Positions 1 through 12,618 of a stretch of DNA of 64,000 bases are shown in pieces. Both the position numbers and the translations under genes were made by a program. The notes under the pieces are model-generated. The model was not told where the DNA came from. It searched no databases and was given only the letters and a program-made list of their open reading frames with translations. Numbering within the stretch: position 1 is the stretch's first letter; each line of letters opens with the position of its first letter. The stretch comes from Trichosphaerium sp. ATCC 40318 (Eukaryota > Protista > Tubulinea): the NCBI GenBank assembly GCA_038496445.1, contig JALMLS010000344.1:186001-250000 (forward strand), given 5' to 3'.

Positions 1-174
1 ATTCCTTTCTCAGAAAGCTCAAGTACTCGTTTAATCCGTTTGTAACCAATGTTGTAAACCAGCACCCTTGTTTTCTTTAAGGCACAAGCCGCAGTTGATA
101 TTATTAATAAGTCGATGCCTTAGTGAGATTTGCAAAGGACCTTTAAGGCAGTATTACAATCAAAATAAACTACA

Positions 175-1492
175 ATGACCTGTACGCTCGCTAGTGTGGT
201 TTTAATGTCTAATAATAACCTTTCTGCAGGTGTTGATTTTTCATTTCGTGTAGTGGTTGTTGGAGGTAAAACAGCTGGTAAGAGGAGCTTCATTTATAGA
301 TTTACACGTGGTCAGGTACGGTTTTTTTTGAAACCGACGCTAGTTGACACTAGCACGTGATGTAAAAAACTAAATGGCCATCTTCGCGGTACTTTTGCGC
401 TGAGAGCACGTGTTAGTTTCCAATGCCAGAAAAGAATAACGAAAAGCTTGATGAAGCTTTACGAAAGGATGTAGAAAAGATGGAATGGGAGACATTCTAC
501 CCACCACATCTGAAGGGCTTGATCGTACGTTATTTTTCCATAAAAGTGTTAACGGTTTTTTTTTTGTTTCTTTCAAATGATAAAACGCGTAAGTATCCAT
601 CCTTTCCTCTCTCATTGCATTGAAACGTTCTTGCAAAAGCGTTCTTTGTGTGTTTGGCCGTTAGAGCACCAAATAGGAACCAGTAAATTAAATAATCGAT
701 TGTCTAGAAATATCCTACTTTTCAACTCACCAAAGGCTCGTTGGCTGGTGAGATTAAGAACGTTTCGGAGCGAAGACGAAGAGTAAAGCTTGATATGGTT
801 GCTTGTCATAGGTACCAAAAACAATACAGGAAAAAACACATCCCAGTCACATGATAACGATTGTCTTTATTTAAATCGACACGCCTAGGATTCGTCAAGG
901 TGGAAGCGATCCAGCTAAAGATAAAAAGAAGCACCCTTTTGAATATCAAAGCAGCTACTTCCGAGGTGTCATTGTAGTACGTCGTGAATACCGTTCAAAA
1001 AAGTAGTTCAGAGAAAAAGTACTTTAACTTACTCTGTTAATACAATCCCAGATGTACTCAGTGACAAGCAAGAAGTCCTTTAAAGGTTCGTCCTTCTTCA
1101 CAAACCATAACAATATCGCACTTTTTAACAATATCGCAGAAGCTGAGATTTGGCTTATAGACGTTGAGACCTTTGTAAGCAAAAAGTTGTTCATTTGTCA
1201 AAAATATCAGTGTTCCTTCTCTAACTGTATTGTACTTTCAAAGGCACCTTACCAAGTTCGCACAGTGTTATTGGCTTCAAAGTACGATTGTGTAGGGAAG
1301 TCAGAGGTTACAAAGGTAGAAGGAGAGAATCTTGCTGCCAAGCATAAAGCTATTTTCTTTGAGACGAGCTGCTGGACAAGTAAAGGAATAGGTGCATTCT
1401 ACATACACTTGCTTGGTATACATATTAACCTACTTATAGACGAAGCACTTAGAGCATGTGCTACTATGATGGTACAAGGAGTTGAGAGATAG
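175..1492 (+). CDS. Divergent Ras/Rab-superfamily small GTPase-like protein (probable pseudo-GTPase), multi-exon
   Basis: Spliced translation gives FRVVVVGGKTAGKRSFIYRF (G1-like), GVIVMYSVTSKKSF, VLLASKYD (G4-like) and IFFETSC (G5-like). The internal exon structure is partly inferred. Confidence 0.75.
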
Positions 1493-1637
1493 GCCAATGC
1501 CAAAGAACATGTAGAATAGAGTAGTTGTAACATAACAATACAGTAGAGACCACAAAATAAACCAATCTTATTTTCAACATTGTTAGCGTTGAGATAGCAT
1601 ATTTGCTTGACTCGTTTTGTTCTCCATGTCATTACCA

Positions 1638-2203
1638 TCAACAACAAAGATTGTTACTATTCAGCATGCCCTTGCTGTTCTCTATATTATTGTATTTTGC
1701 AACGAGTTCATTTAAACCAAGACGCCTTTGCAATGATAGTACAATTTTGTGGTTACAACCCTTACATTTCGAAGCAAAAACAAATTCCCTTCCGAGAGTT
1801 CGATACCTGGTGCACCAGGCAGCGAAGTTCCCTGACTTGAATTTCAATACACAACTTCGCAGATAAGCCTGCACTGTACCGAGGTACCGTGACTTAAAAG
1901 GTTCTTTGAATATTCGTGTCAATGACTGCCATTCTGCAAGGGTGATTAGCCCTATGACAATCACATACGCTTCGAGGTTTTTAATTACTTCGGCTTCGAT
2001 GTAGATTTTAGAGGTAAAATTCGGTTACTGTTACGTTTAAGTGTGTTTTTGTTTGGTTTTTTTACGGTGTCTTTGTTATAGTTCTTTGTTATAGTTACTG
2101 TTTCGGAGAAGAGCATGGTTATGGTCGCCCCCTCAGCTGTCAATACTGAAGGCTGACGCCGCTCTCGGTTGATTGCGAGTGAGATACACTTTTTAAAGCC
2201 CAA
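1638..2203 (-). other. Possible hypothetical coding region (two adjacent minus-strand ORFs, unresolved)
   Basis: ORFs 1985-2203 and 1638-1964 are separated by a possible short intron. There is no recognisable motif, and the obvious splice does not keep the frame. Confidence 0.2.
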
Positions 2204-3144
2204 AGACTTTAATTGTTTTTTATTGTGGTTAGCCTTTGGAGCGTTTGAAAGTACCTCTTGACACTCCTATCCAATAGCCACCAGCGAAAAGTGAAAAGGC
2301 GTTTGTTTGTTTTGGACTGTAATACATCAGAAGCGTCATATACGCTCATATAGCATGAACAAAAAGCGAAGAGGGGAATTTATGGCCGGTGTTTTTTGTT
2401 TGCCTCCAAGGAACTTTTGAGTTCCCTCAGTTCTCATCGAGCACGGATGGGCACTTATCTAGCGTAAGGGGAAAGCCATAGTTCAATATTCTACCTTTGT
2501 AGCTAAATAGTCTCGCAAAATAAAATTGGCGGCAAAATCATTAACCATTTTAGTGGTAAGCTTGAAATTGCTCGTCGCGCCTTTGTATACTTCTCTTGTG
2601 CTATCAATGCGATTCTCACCCAAGAATTCTATTTTGTAACCGAACAATATCTTTTTTTAAAGCATTTGCAAGGTCCCTACATTGCGTCAAAACACGATAT
2701 TGAGAGCTTACTTAGACGAAAAGAAAAGGAAAAAAAGAATGGTACGATTACAGGTATTTATTTACAAGTGTATTTCTAAGTGTGGAACATGTACAAGTAC
2801 AAAGGAACAAAAAAAAAGTTAGTTGACAGGAATGTTCTTCAAGGGTGTTTTAACACGTCGTGGAGGCCCTTGTAAATGTTTACAGTGAGATCTAACGAAA
2901 GTGAGATAAGAGAAAAAACAAGGAGAGAAACTAGGTAGACAAGCAAGTGCGTGAGTAAGAAGGACGTACAATTGGAGCGGATTTTTAAAAGGTGAAATAT
3001 GTGGCATTTTAGGTTGTGGCTTTTTCCTCTTCGGCGTTCTCACTAATTTAATTGCAGCCTACGAATAATGGTTTTGTTAGCGATTTGCTCGAGATTAAAA
3101 CAGAAAAAATTCAACACGTGATAATCACGTGAATATTAAAAGGA

Positions 3145-6103
3145 TCATGAGGTGGGGTTTTGGTTTGTACGTACAGGTTTACCACGTAAGTTTTGTAGAA
3201 GTGTTTGTACTGCTGATAAGTTTTCTTCACAGAAATTGACATGTTTGTGCTTTTTTTCACCTTTTGCACGTATGCATGACTTTATAATGTTACCATTTTC
3301 GCCTACTGCATTCTCCTTATCATCTTCCATTATTGTTGCAGGTGGTAAGTTAAACATTTCGTTATCAAGTTTCACTTTGATAGCTTGAATCTTAGCTAAA
3401 ATAGAGGCATTAAAAAACTATTGTTTCATTTGTCTCTTTGTGCAATTCATATGTTATACGAGTGACAAATATTGTTACATACCTTCCACGGCTGCTTTTT
3501 GTTCATCTAGCTCTGTGTTTTTTGCAGCAAATGTCTAAGAAGGTAAGTACGTTTTCAACAAAAAAACATCCAATAAAAAAGTTGAACGTACTGAAAATCT
3601 TGGGCGTTTGTTGGGTTTTGTGACACCTGATGATTGAACTAATGATACAGGTCGCGGTCTCTTCACTCTTATCTTTGAACGCGTTCTTGGTTTACTTTCA
3701 GAGCGTTTTTCAACAGAACGTTCTTCACGACTGTGCGTCTTCTCTTCACGAGTGTTTTTCTTTTCAGAGCGAGAATTACTTCGTTCTTCTCTGGAGTGAT
3801 TTCTTTCTTCTCTATTATGTTGCCTCTTCTCTTCACGAGAAGCTTTAAGCTGACGCCTCAAGCGTACTATCTAGTCATAAAATTAAGCATGGGAAACACA
3901 CGTGGGTGAATTTCAAAAAAAAAAAGGTAACGGTTGAAAAAGAAACGTACCTCGAGTTGAAGGCATTCTTCTTTTTCTTTATGTTCAAACAACAAACGTT
4001 GGTATTTATCTCTAGAATTGAATCTCTCGACCTGACGCTTAGCAATACCCAAGTCAAGTTCACGGACACGTGTACCAAAACGTAGGGATGCAAGTGTCTC
4101 TGTTGCAAGGTCAGGTAATGGACTGACAGTCAAAAACATGCAAGTTTTTGCGTTGCCGCCTAAAGTTACTGGTAAGAAAAAAAATCATAGACTTGATCAA
4201 GAGCTCCGATTTGGCGTACCTAGAGCGTCAGAGAGCAGGTGAGTCAATTTTGAGTTTCTATATGGTACATGCTTGCTCTTTTTATGGAGTGCTTGTACTA
4301 CAATACCAAGATTGGTAAGACTCTTGTTGATATTAGTAGTCTCTACCTAATAAACTAAGGTAAGCTAATTGTACAATTGAAACAAGCCAAGCAGTTGCAA
4401 AAAAACTGGAGGTGCAAATAAATACTTTTGATTTGACAACAAAACAAACGAAACTAAATTATGCTTCTACGTACAAACGAGTTGCCGGTTACTTGAGACT
4501 TTGAAACTCGCTCAGACCTGTATATTAATTAGAAATAATTGCATTCGAACAATTTGATATCAATAAAACTAGGTTTTGCAAGAAAGAGAAAGATAATTGA
4601 AAAAAAAAAGTTAAGGCTTCGTACCCAGCTAGATCGACGAGATAGAATTTACTCTTTACCATAGCACTGTTATGCCTGCCAACAACATAAAAAATATATA
4701 TTGCATGTGACCGAGAAGACTCGTGGTTGAGAGCAGTAGAGCTAGTAGAACGTGCCATTTGAGCTATAATAAAAATAAGCAACCAAGAAAAAAACGAGAA
4801 ATAGAAAAACATAAAGCAGGTCTTCATTCAATATCCTTCGGTGAGAATTCGAAAAGTTTTTGATTTGTTACCTCTTTCTAATAGTTCAAAAGCTGTTTCT
4901 GGTGTTTCAATAGGTATAGCGTTTTTTCGTGTAACACTTCCATGGTTTATCTTGGGTGGGTTTTCTTGATCACCCAGTAAATCATAAATGTTATCATTAT
5001 ATACTTGAACAGCGCTACAATAGGATTTAGTGTACACTCATAGCCGTAACTCTTGCGGTGCATCGCTAAGAGAAGAAAAAAGAGATGAATTTGAACAGCA
5101 CATGTGGGACGTACCGGAAGCGTAAGCTGTAGTTGTATTCTTGCTTCTCATCAGCAAGATCAAATAATGCGTTTATTGCTCTAGGAGCAATACCTCCCTT
5201 TTCGGGATCATGCATTGGCCCAAGCATTGTAAATGTTTTTCCAGACCCTATAAATACGCTTAGATAATAGTACTACAGCAATTATAGCAAGAAAATCGAC
5301 GATTACGCCTGACACCAACAAAAATCCAGGAAAAGCAATAAATCATTTAAAATAATTACCAGTGCACCCGTAAGCCATTACACAAGCGTTATATCCATCA
5401 AGTACGCATTCAATAAGTGGTGACACTTGAGTAAAAACAGTATCCTGTTAAACAAACACAATAAGCAAATAAAGATGGTAATGGGGAGGACAGGAGCGAC
5501 AAAGACTTCGAGGTGTTATCGCTCCCATCTTTTTCAAAAACTTTACGCGTACTTGAGAGTCCTTTGGTGAAAATATTCTATCAAAACGATGTGGTCCGCC
5601 AAGAGAATGAGTAATGACACCAGACGATAAATCGAGCTAGTGTGGATAAATAACTTCGATTTTTTTTCGTATTTTTGAAATTTCTAAAACATTGCTCTAT
5701 ACTCATTCGTAACGTACTGTATTATCTTTCTTTGCTACTCTCATTCCTCCACGAACTCTGCAGAATACAGAAATGACACCTGGAGAGTTTTAGCGGAGAG
5801 GATTAAGCAATTATGTACCGTTGTTATCTACAACCGCAGATTCAGCTGGAATATCCTCTTCGTCTTCACCTGTATGCTCTCGAAGCTAATAAAGTAAGTT
5901 GTTTTGTAATTATTCAAATTTTTACCTTATTCTTTAGCTCTACTATCTCTGCATCGCGAGACTCGAGTAACTATGACGTATAAGCGACATTTATAAATAA
6001 CGGTAAAATGACGAACTTGTATCAGAGCACTATTATCTAAGCCCTCATAGCCTTCACTGTTATCTATTGACATTGATGTAGAGGAAGCTGGATCATCATC
6101 CAT
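3145..6103 (-). CDS. Kinesin motor protein (kinesin-14-like motor followed by a charged C-terminal tail)
   Basis: Motifs across exons: [96 protein letters not shown] at 6101-6103. Confidence 0.93.
3715..3845 (-). repeat. Imperfect 21-nt (7-aa) coding repeat, HSREER-like, in the kinesin tail
   Basis: Translates as [41 protein letters not shown]. Confidence 0.7.
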
Positions 6104-6197
6104 TTGGATAGTTGGCGGTTAAAGTAGTAACCGGTTTTTGAAAAAAAAGTCAATCCGCTTAAAAAACAACCTACTCTCACGATTCTATTTAACAAGC
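6104..6197. promoter_or_regulatory. Putative bidirectional promoter between kinesin and POP5
   Basis: Divergent start codons only 94 nt apart. Confidence 0.5.
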
Positions 6198-6703
6198 ATG
6201 CCACGCGTTAAGCACAGGTACACACTCGTGTAATTTGGTGTACACGTATTGATTACACTCAGGTATTTTTTGACGGAAGTTATTTGGGATAATCCAGGCG
6301 CTGAAAGGCCGAATTTAAACTATAAACACCTAAACGCAGCGATAAAAGACAAAGTTGCCTTATTTTTTGGCAATTATGGCCGTGCGCTTGTAGGTGACTT
6401 GCAAGGTACGTATTTACGCCGAAATATTAACTAACACGCGCAGTCAAGTATGTAAATGACACAACAAGCATTTTTATAATACAAAGCAATCGTGAATGTT
6501 TTCGCATGGTATCTCAGGCAATGGCGCTAGTAACATCACTATTTGATGACCAAAAGAAACAAAAATGCTTTTTCCGTATTTTACACGTAGCTGGAACGAT
6601 ACGCAACTGTCAATTAGAATACTTGAAGCACGTAAAAGGTGAGCAAGAGAAGCTAGCGTCCTTTGGAGGTTTAGATGACATGGAAATGTGGGTAGATGCG
6701 TAG
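6198..6703 (+). CDS. POP5: RNase P/MRP subunit Pop5
   Basis: MPRVKHR|YFLTEV resembles the Pop5 N-terminus (MVRFKHRYLL). Also FGNYG, LQVKYVNDTT and LHVAGTIRNCQ. Two introns. Confidence 0.88.
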
Positions 6704-7317
6704 AACGTTATCATTGAGTTTTATACCTTTTTGTACATAATCCGCTTCCCCGTAAACTTAGACACCGATACGTCAACATGGTGGCACTTGCGTAGTGCCT
6801 AGTGGAAACCTTCAGACAGAGAGGCTTTGGTATGCCTCATGAGATGTAAAAGAATGTTGTATTGAGCCATTGCGTGTTAAATTGTAAATTTCAGAGAACA
6901 CATTCTTTATCTTCGTGGCTAAATAAACACCTTCAACTTTGCCTCTCAAACGTACTTGGTTCGTAAGCTGTTGTCAATAGTGGTTTAGATGTTATTGCAA
7001 CAACAAAAAATATCGTACTTTGTAACTTGCAGACGCTTAGGACAATCACAAGCTAATTCTTACACAACTGTGGCCAAGAAAAAGACAACAAAATCTTGTA
7101 GTGAACATGCGTTTATGATGATAGTAACGTTTTGTGTGCATACTCGCACTACATGCATACGCAGGTCCTTCTTTGTACAATTCATTAGCTGTCATATTTT
7201 TTTGGTTCAAAATGTGACTAACGAAGTCTGTGAAATACTTGATTACATATATCCTTCACCATCTATGGAACAGTTGTAAGTAAACATTGTAAACTTATTG
7301 AATAATTAGTGTGTTTT

Positions 7318-8098
7318 TTAATTACCTCCATCACCACCTAATGCGTCATGGTCATCATCATAATAATTTGTCATGTAATCATTCTCTTCTTCATAATCAA
7401 TAGCATCATCGTCATCAGCTACATCCGCTTCTTCGTCAACATCATCTTCATTATCTTTAAGAGCTAAATACTCAAATAAGCGAACAGAAGGTCATGACGA
7501 GGTTTGTAAAGAACGTTACCAGCAAGCTCGTCAATATCAAGATCTATGTCATCTTCTTTTCTTCTCTTCTTTGGTCTTTCAGCTAGTAAAGACACTGGGA
7601 ATATCTTAGATGTTTTGTCTATATCATCAAATACTGTAGGCCTTCTTCTACGCTTGCCGGTGAAATTTTGAATCTCTTTAATGTAATTCGTTAGATTTGT
7701 TCTCTTTTGGGTTATAAAGCATAGATACGACACGGTGATCGTATTGTAGCGTTTTTTAACAATAATACACGAATACTAGATAGAATGTACGTACCAATTT
7801 CGTCGTAAGGGTCTATGAAGCACTTACTGAAGATAAAGCGTTTGTTAAATTTAAACGAGCGCATAACGACTTCATGCTGATCACTTCCTTCCTTTATAGA
7901 GTCTATTGCAGGTAGTTCCCTCGCCTATACCACTATAAGACTATTTAAACGCCAAATACGGTGTGAACATACAGGAAACAGCGGTGGAGGCTCTATTATT
8001 TCTTTTGGCTTCTTGGCAGCATTGCGGGCTTCTATTGCAGTAGCTTTTTTGCTTTTCTTTTCTCCACCCCAGCTACCTCGTTTACGCCACCCTTGCAT
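7318..8098 (-). CDS. RPC31: RNA polymerase III subunit RPC7/C31 (POLR3G-like)
   Basis: Basic N-terminus, EPPPLFP motif, IFPVSLL, and an acidic C-terminus with ENDYMTNYYDDDD, typical of C31. Confidence 0.78.
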
Positions 8099-8359
8099 CA
8101 AAGCGAGGTTTAAACTACGGTTTTTTCTACCTTTTGCTTTATTTCTGTTCGTTTGAAGCTAGAATACAACTTAATTTGCCGATTTTCTGTGAAAGCACTG
8201 GTCTTGCCTTTTGAGACGAAGTCTTTACCCTGAAGATACTTTAAACACTAGCTAAAGAGCTATCATTATCAGAAAAAGCTGAGAAAACGAATATTATTAA
8301 TAGGCTAATACAAAAACTGTGATTACACGAATGACTTTACGATAATGATACTGTAATAA

Positions 8360-10022
8360 CTACACCCTAGTGTTTCTTATCGCTTGTGCTCTGTAAAAGA
8401 AAAATTAGAGTTAAAGGGATACTACTCGTATAGACAATCAAGGATTACGTACTTAGATTTTGCACGGGCTTTGTTCATGGCCGCCAAGCCAGTTGGTGAA
8501 TATTTCTTCCCTTGGAATATAATAAAGTGCTTGCCAAGTGGCTCACCAGTCCACGAGCAACAGTTCTCGCCAAAGTCTAGGCGTGTATTGTAAGTGAATA
8601 TTCTTTAGTGATAAAAAGAGAAATCTGTACTGAATTGGTAGTTTTTTTTTTCAAGGCACGTGCGAAAGAAATAATTGTAATAATAAGCGTGTCTACTTAT
8701 TTGGTTGTTTCATACTCACCTTTTGGTTTTACTTCTTGAGCCTCTTCGAAACGGACACCTGAGTAATCTGTGAGCTTTCCTTCTGGCCAGAATGCAGCCT
8801 TCTGAGGCGTTTGTTGATGTGTAGCTCTGAACGCTGTGTTTTGTTGTGTAGGCATCGTTCTAGAAGGTGGTGGAGGCATTACACGTCTATTTTTGTTTGT
8901 TAGTACCCGTTATATTCATCATTGTTTGACATGGTGCAAAATGCGGCGTTATACAGCAGTTTGAGACAAAAACGCTAGTTGACTTGAATAAACCGGTTTT
9001 TTTTGGTTTTTTTATCGTGGTTTCTTCAAAACAACGTACGGCGCCTCACGTGGTTTGCTGTTTTGAGGTATTTTTCTTAATCTTTGTTGTAAAAACTCAG
9101 GTGTTATTTCGTGCTTCGAAGCGCGTTCTGGTGCTTGTCGTAGTTCATGGGAACCTATACAAGTTAGTATAAAAAATCTTAACGCTGGTGAAAGTGTTTA
9201 CCTCCTAATTGACCTAAAACTGCGCCAAAACCTGAATTCTTCCTGGCACCGTGCTTGGCTAATACGCCACTCAGTCTAGTGTTCGTGTCGGCAGCATTGT
9301 TGTGAACCTAAAAGTGAAATTAACAAAAACAATTCAAAAAATAATCTTGTAAGCATACTGTTCTTGTTTGCCCAGTAGCTGCTCCTCCTGAACGTGATTT
9401 TATGCCAACTGATACCCCCATAACTGGTGGAGGAGGTGGAGGCGGTGGGGAATCTACCTGGTGCAATAAATGATGAGTACACAACCATATTGATTATCTT
9501 TTTTTGGATATCAATTATCCAAAAGTGTACCTGTGGGAGAGGTACTACTTTTCTCTCAGGAGGTAGGTCTGCTTCATTATAAGCCATATCAGTTATCTCA
9601 ATTTCGTTTAGTATATCATCTAACTCTGAATTGTCCAAGTCCTAAAACGAGTACTTTATCAGTTTTTTTTGGATTTTTTCATTTTGGACTAATTGTTGTT
9701 TAGTACGTTATTAGTTTGTGGAAAATCAGTTGTGGTGTTATGACTTGGTTCTGAAGCCTATGTAGTTACTTTATTAGTAAATAGAACTAGCGGTGTTTGA
9801 AGAAGTTGCAACGCGTTTAAAAAATGAAATACAAGGGTTTATGCAATCAGGAATGCGTACTGATAGTGAGTACGTAGTTTCTACTGCAAAGTCTAGGTCG
9901 TTCAGTAACGCGTCAAGGTCATCTGCATCATCTTGGTCTGGTTGTGCGTGTGTTTGTTCGCCAAATGCATCAGCGGCTTCGAAATCGTTTAGGAGTGCGT
10001 CTAAATCGCTGAGATCTGACAT
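8360..10022 (-). CDS. Paxillin/zyxin-like cytoskeletal adaptor: LD motifs, poly-Pro tracts, degenerate LIM-like end
   Basis: LD-type motifs DLDALLNDF, DLDALLNDL and ELDDILNEI. SPPPPPPP and MPPPP tracts. Last exons give CCSWTGEPLGKHFIIFQGKKYSPTG...NTRV*. Confidence 0.65.
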
Positions 10023-10252
10023 GAGGTGCAATAGGAATGGTGTGTGGTATAAATTTCCGAAAAGGAAGTTTGTAGAGTACTCTAAAAGTTAAAAAAAAGT
10101 CAACAAAAGTAAGTTCGATTTTAGAATGAGAATTCTCACTTTTAGGGAACAAACAGAACTCTAAAAAAGACGATTGATGATAGTGACTATATGGGTTTAC
10201 TGTTTTACATTATTGTACATTTGATTTTTTTTTTTCATTCGCTATTTTGTGG

Positions 10253-12618
10253 TTATAACCCTTTTGGTTGTGAGGGCTTTTTTCTTGATGTTTTACGTTT
10301 TATAAACCTTTTAATTTTTTCCTTTGAATTTGCATGTGCTACATAATCAGTAAGACCATCTACAGAAACACTTGATGGTAACTGCTTCAAGTTTAGTAGG
10401 CTAGCAGCAGGAGTTTCACAATCCTTTGACTCTGTTCTATTTCGTTCCAAAGTGGCTAAAACCTCTCGCCTTAGAGCCTCTGCACAAGGTCCGGTAGACA
10501 CCTAATAGCAATGTGAGACAACGAAAGGATGTGCGTGGTTAACGAACCAGAATAATATTATGAGTGCAGCGCGCTACTGTAGGAGCAGATAAAGATAACT
10601 GACGAACTGGTTTTGTTTCTGCGCTTTGTAATTCATCATCATTGATTGTAAGAAGTGAAAGTTCTTTCTTGGCTTCAAGAAGATTTTTAATGCTTTCTAA
10701 CTCTTGACTTGTAAGCTTTAGAATTGAAAATTCCTTTGCTTCAACTGATGAGCGCTAAAAAATAATGTGAGTTTATCTAAAAGAGATGGAAGAAAAAATT
10801 GTGAGGTGAGAAAAAAAAAACTCAATTCAATGCTGCTTACAACTGTATGTGGCTTGTTCTTTCTTATTGACGGGACTACTTGGATTTTATGTACAGGTGG
10901 TGGCGTAGGAGATTGTGACGCTTCAGATGAATCATAAAGATATGAAGGAGATGACTTTGAAAGGTTTCCTCCTATTGTTAAAAAAAAGTTAATTAACTCT
11001 GATTAATTTTGTGATTTTTTTTTGTTCGGAGATGGATCTCCGTTTGTTTTAACGTACGAATACAAGCATTAGGTGGATATGTATTAAGCATCATTGGTGC
11101 TTGCTCATCGACTTCTGAGATAGGTTTAAATGAACGTTGACGCCTAAAAGTAGGTCAATAAAAAAAAACAATAATACAATAGCCCAAAAAAGAAACAGTT
11201 ATTCTGGAGACATACCTCCGTTTCTTTCTCCCACGTGTAGTGCGTAGAGCTCCCCTTTAAGAAAAAAATTAATAACTGCAAACTCGTATTTTGAAAAAAG
11301 GGTAAGGAGTAAAGGTAGGTGGGAGCCCTTTGAGCATACTTTTTAATATGCAATAATTCTGAATCTGACTTGGACATCTTTCCCTTTAAACCGTCTTTTT
11401 CTCCGCGCATAGACTTCTTTACTGTTACAGTCCAAGGATCATTACATACAGAGTTAATATCAACACCTTAAAACAAAGAGATAAGAAGTTGTAAAAAAAA
11501 ACCGTAAAAACAAATAACAGACCACAATAGACGTACGGGAACTGGGTGTAGGTACTATAATCTTGTTTATCAATGCTCTGAAGCTACTAGACATCTTACA
11601 ATCGGCGTATTTAGCTTTTTTTATATTTTGACAAATACCAAAGTCATCACAAGCGCGAAAAGGTAGTTCTCCTGCAATAAGAAAGTATAATAGTACACCT
11701 GCACAAAGGTTAGAAACGATCGGGGGTAATTATTTTGCAATTACTAAAACGATTCTACAAAAAATTAATAACGAACCTAACGCCCATATATCAACAGCGG
11801 AGCCTTCATAACAGTCTTCTCCAAAAATTTCTGGTGCAGCGTAATGAAGGCTACCACAAAAGGTCGATATGTTCTGCCCAGCCTTACATTCCTGGGAGAA
11901 CCCAAAGTCACCAATTTTTACAACAGATGAAGACATTAAAAATATGTTTTCGGCCTAAGATGAGTTAATAAAGGAAGTTCAGTTATTAAAAAGACAATGG
12001 TGTAAGTTGTACCTTTATGTCTGCATGTACAATCCCTTGTTGATGACAATGACGAACACCAGAAGCAATTTGAGAAAAATACCTTCTTGCCTGATACTCT
12101 GGTAGCTTACCCCTTTGGATATTGATAAGTATGATACAAATTCACAGGTTTGATGGTAATTGTACTTTGACGTGACGTAAGTTTGGAGATCGCCCTCTTT
12201 GGCGTATTCTAATACCAAACACATGCATCCCGATCCACATATGACCTCTTTAAGGGAGAGAATGTGCGCGTGGCCCTTTTTGTGATAATTGAGTAAAGAA
12301 GGAGTATAACACCGCTATTAACGAATCACCTACCTTCACTTGGAGCATGTGCGCTGCCTCCCTCTTAATTTCATCCTGAGTTACTTCTTTTTTCAGTTCA
12401 ATAATTTTTAGCGCTACCAACTTTTTCTTGCTGCTGTGGCGCCCTTTTTTAACGACACTGAATGAACCACGCCCAATTTCTTCGCGAACTTTGTACTCCC
12501 CTATGGTAGCTGATTGCTTGAAATCTGGTACTGTAAGTTTAACCGTATGTTGTGGCTAATACGTGCCTTTGTTGCGGTCCTCAACCATAAGAGGTTGTAA
12601 TTTATCAATAATGGACAT
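10253..12618 (-). CDS. Ser/Thr protein kinase, CAMK group (MARK/SNF1-like)
   Basis: IGRGSFSVV, VALK, LVLEYAKEGDL, HADIKAEN, KIGDFG, TFCGSLHYAAPE, DIWALG, followed by a long C-terminal tail. Confidence 0.92.

Noticed and set aside
1-120. Open minus-strand frame at the window edge (GIDLLIISTAACALKK...)
   Set aside because: Too short, no recognisable motif, and no clear start within the window.
1108-1138. Direct repeat taacaatatcgca inside a GTPase-gene intron
   Set aside because: A simple local duplication with no sign of an element.
4831-4840. ATATCCTT (AT-AC U12 donor-like) sequence
   Set aside because: It lies on the strand opposite the kinesin gene. Other such hits are also antisense, intergenic or within exons.
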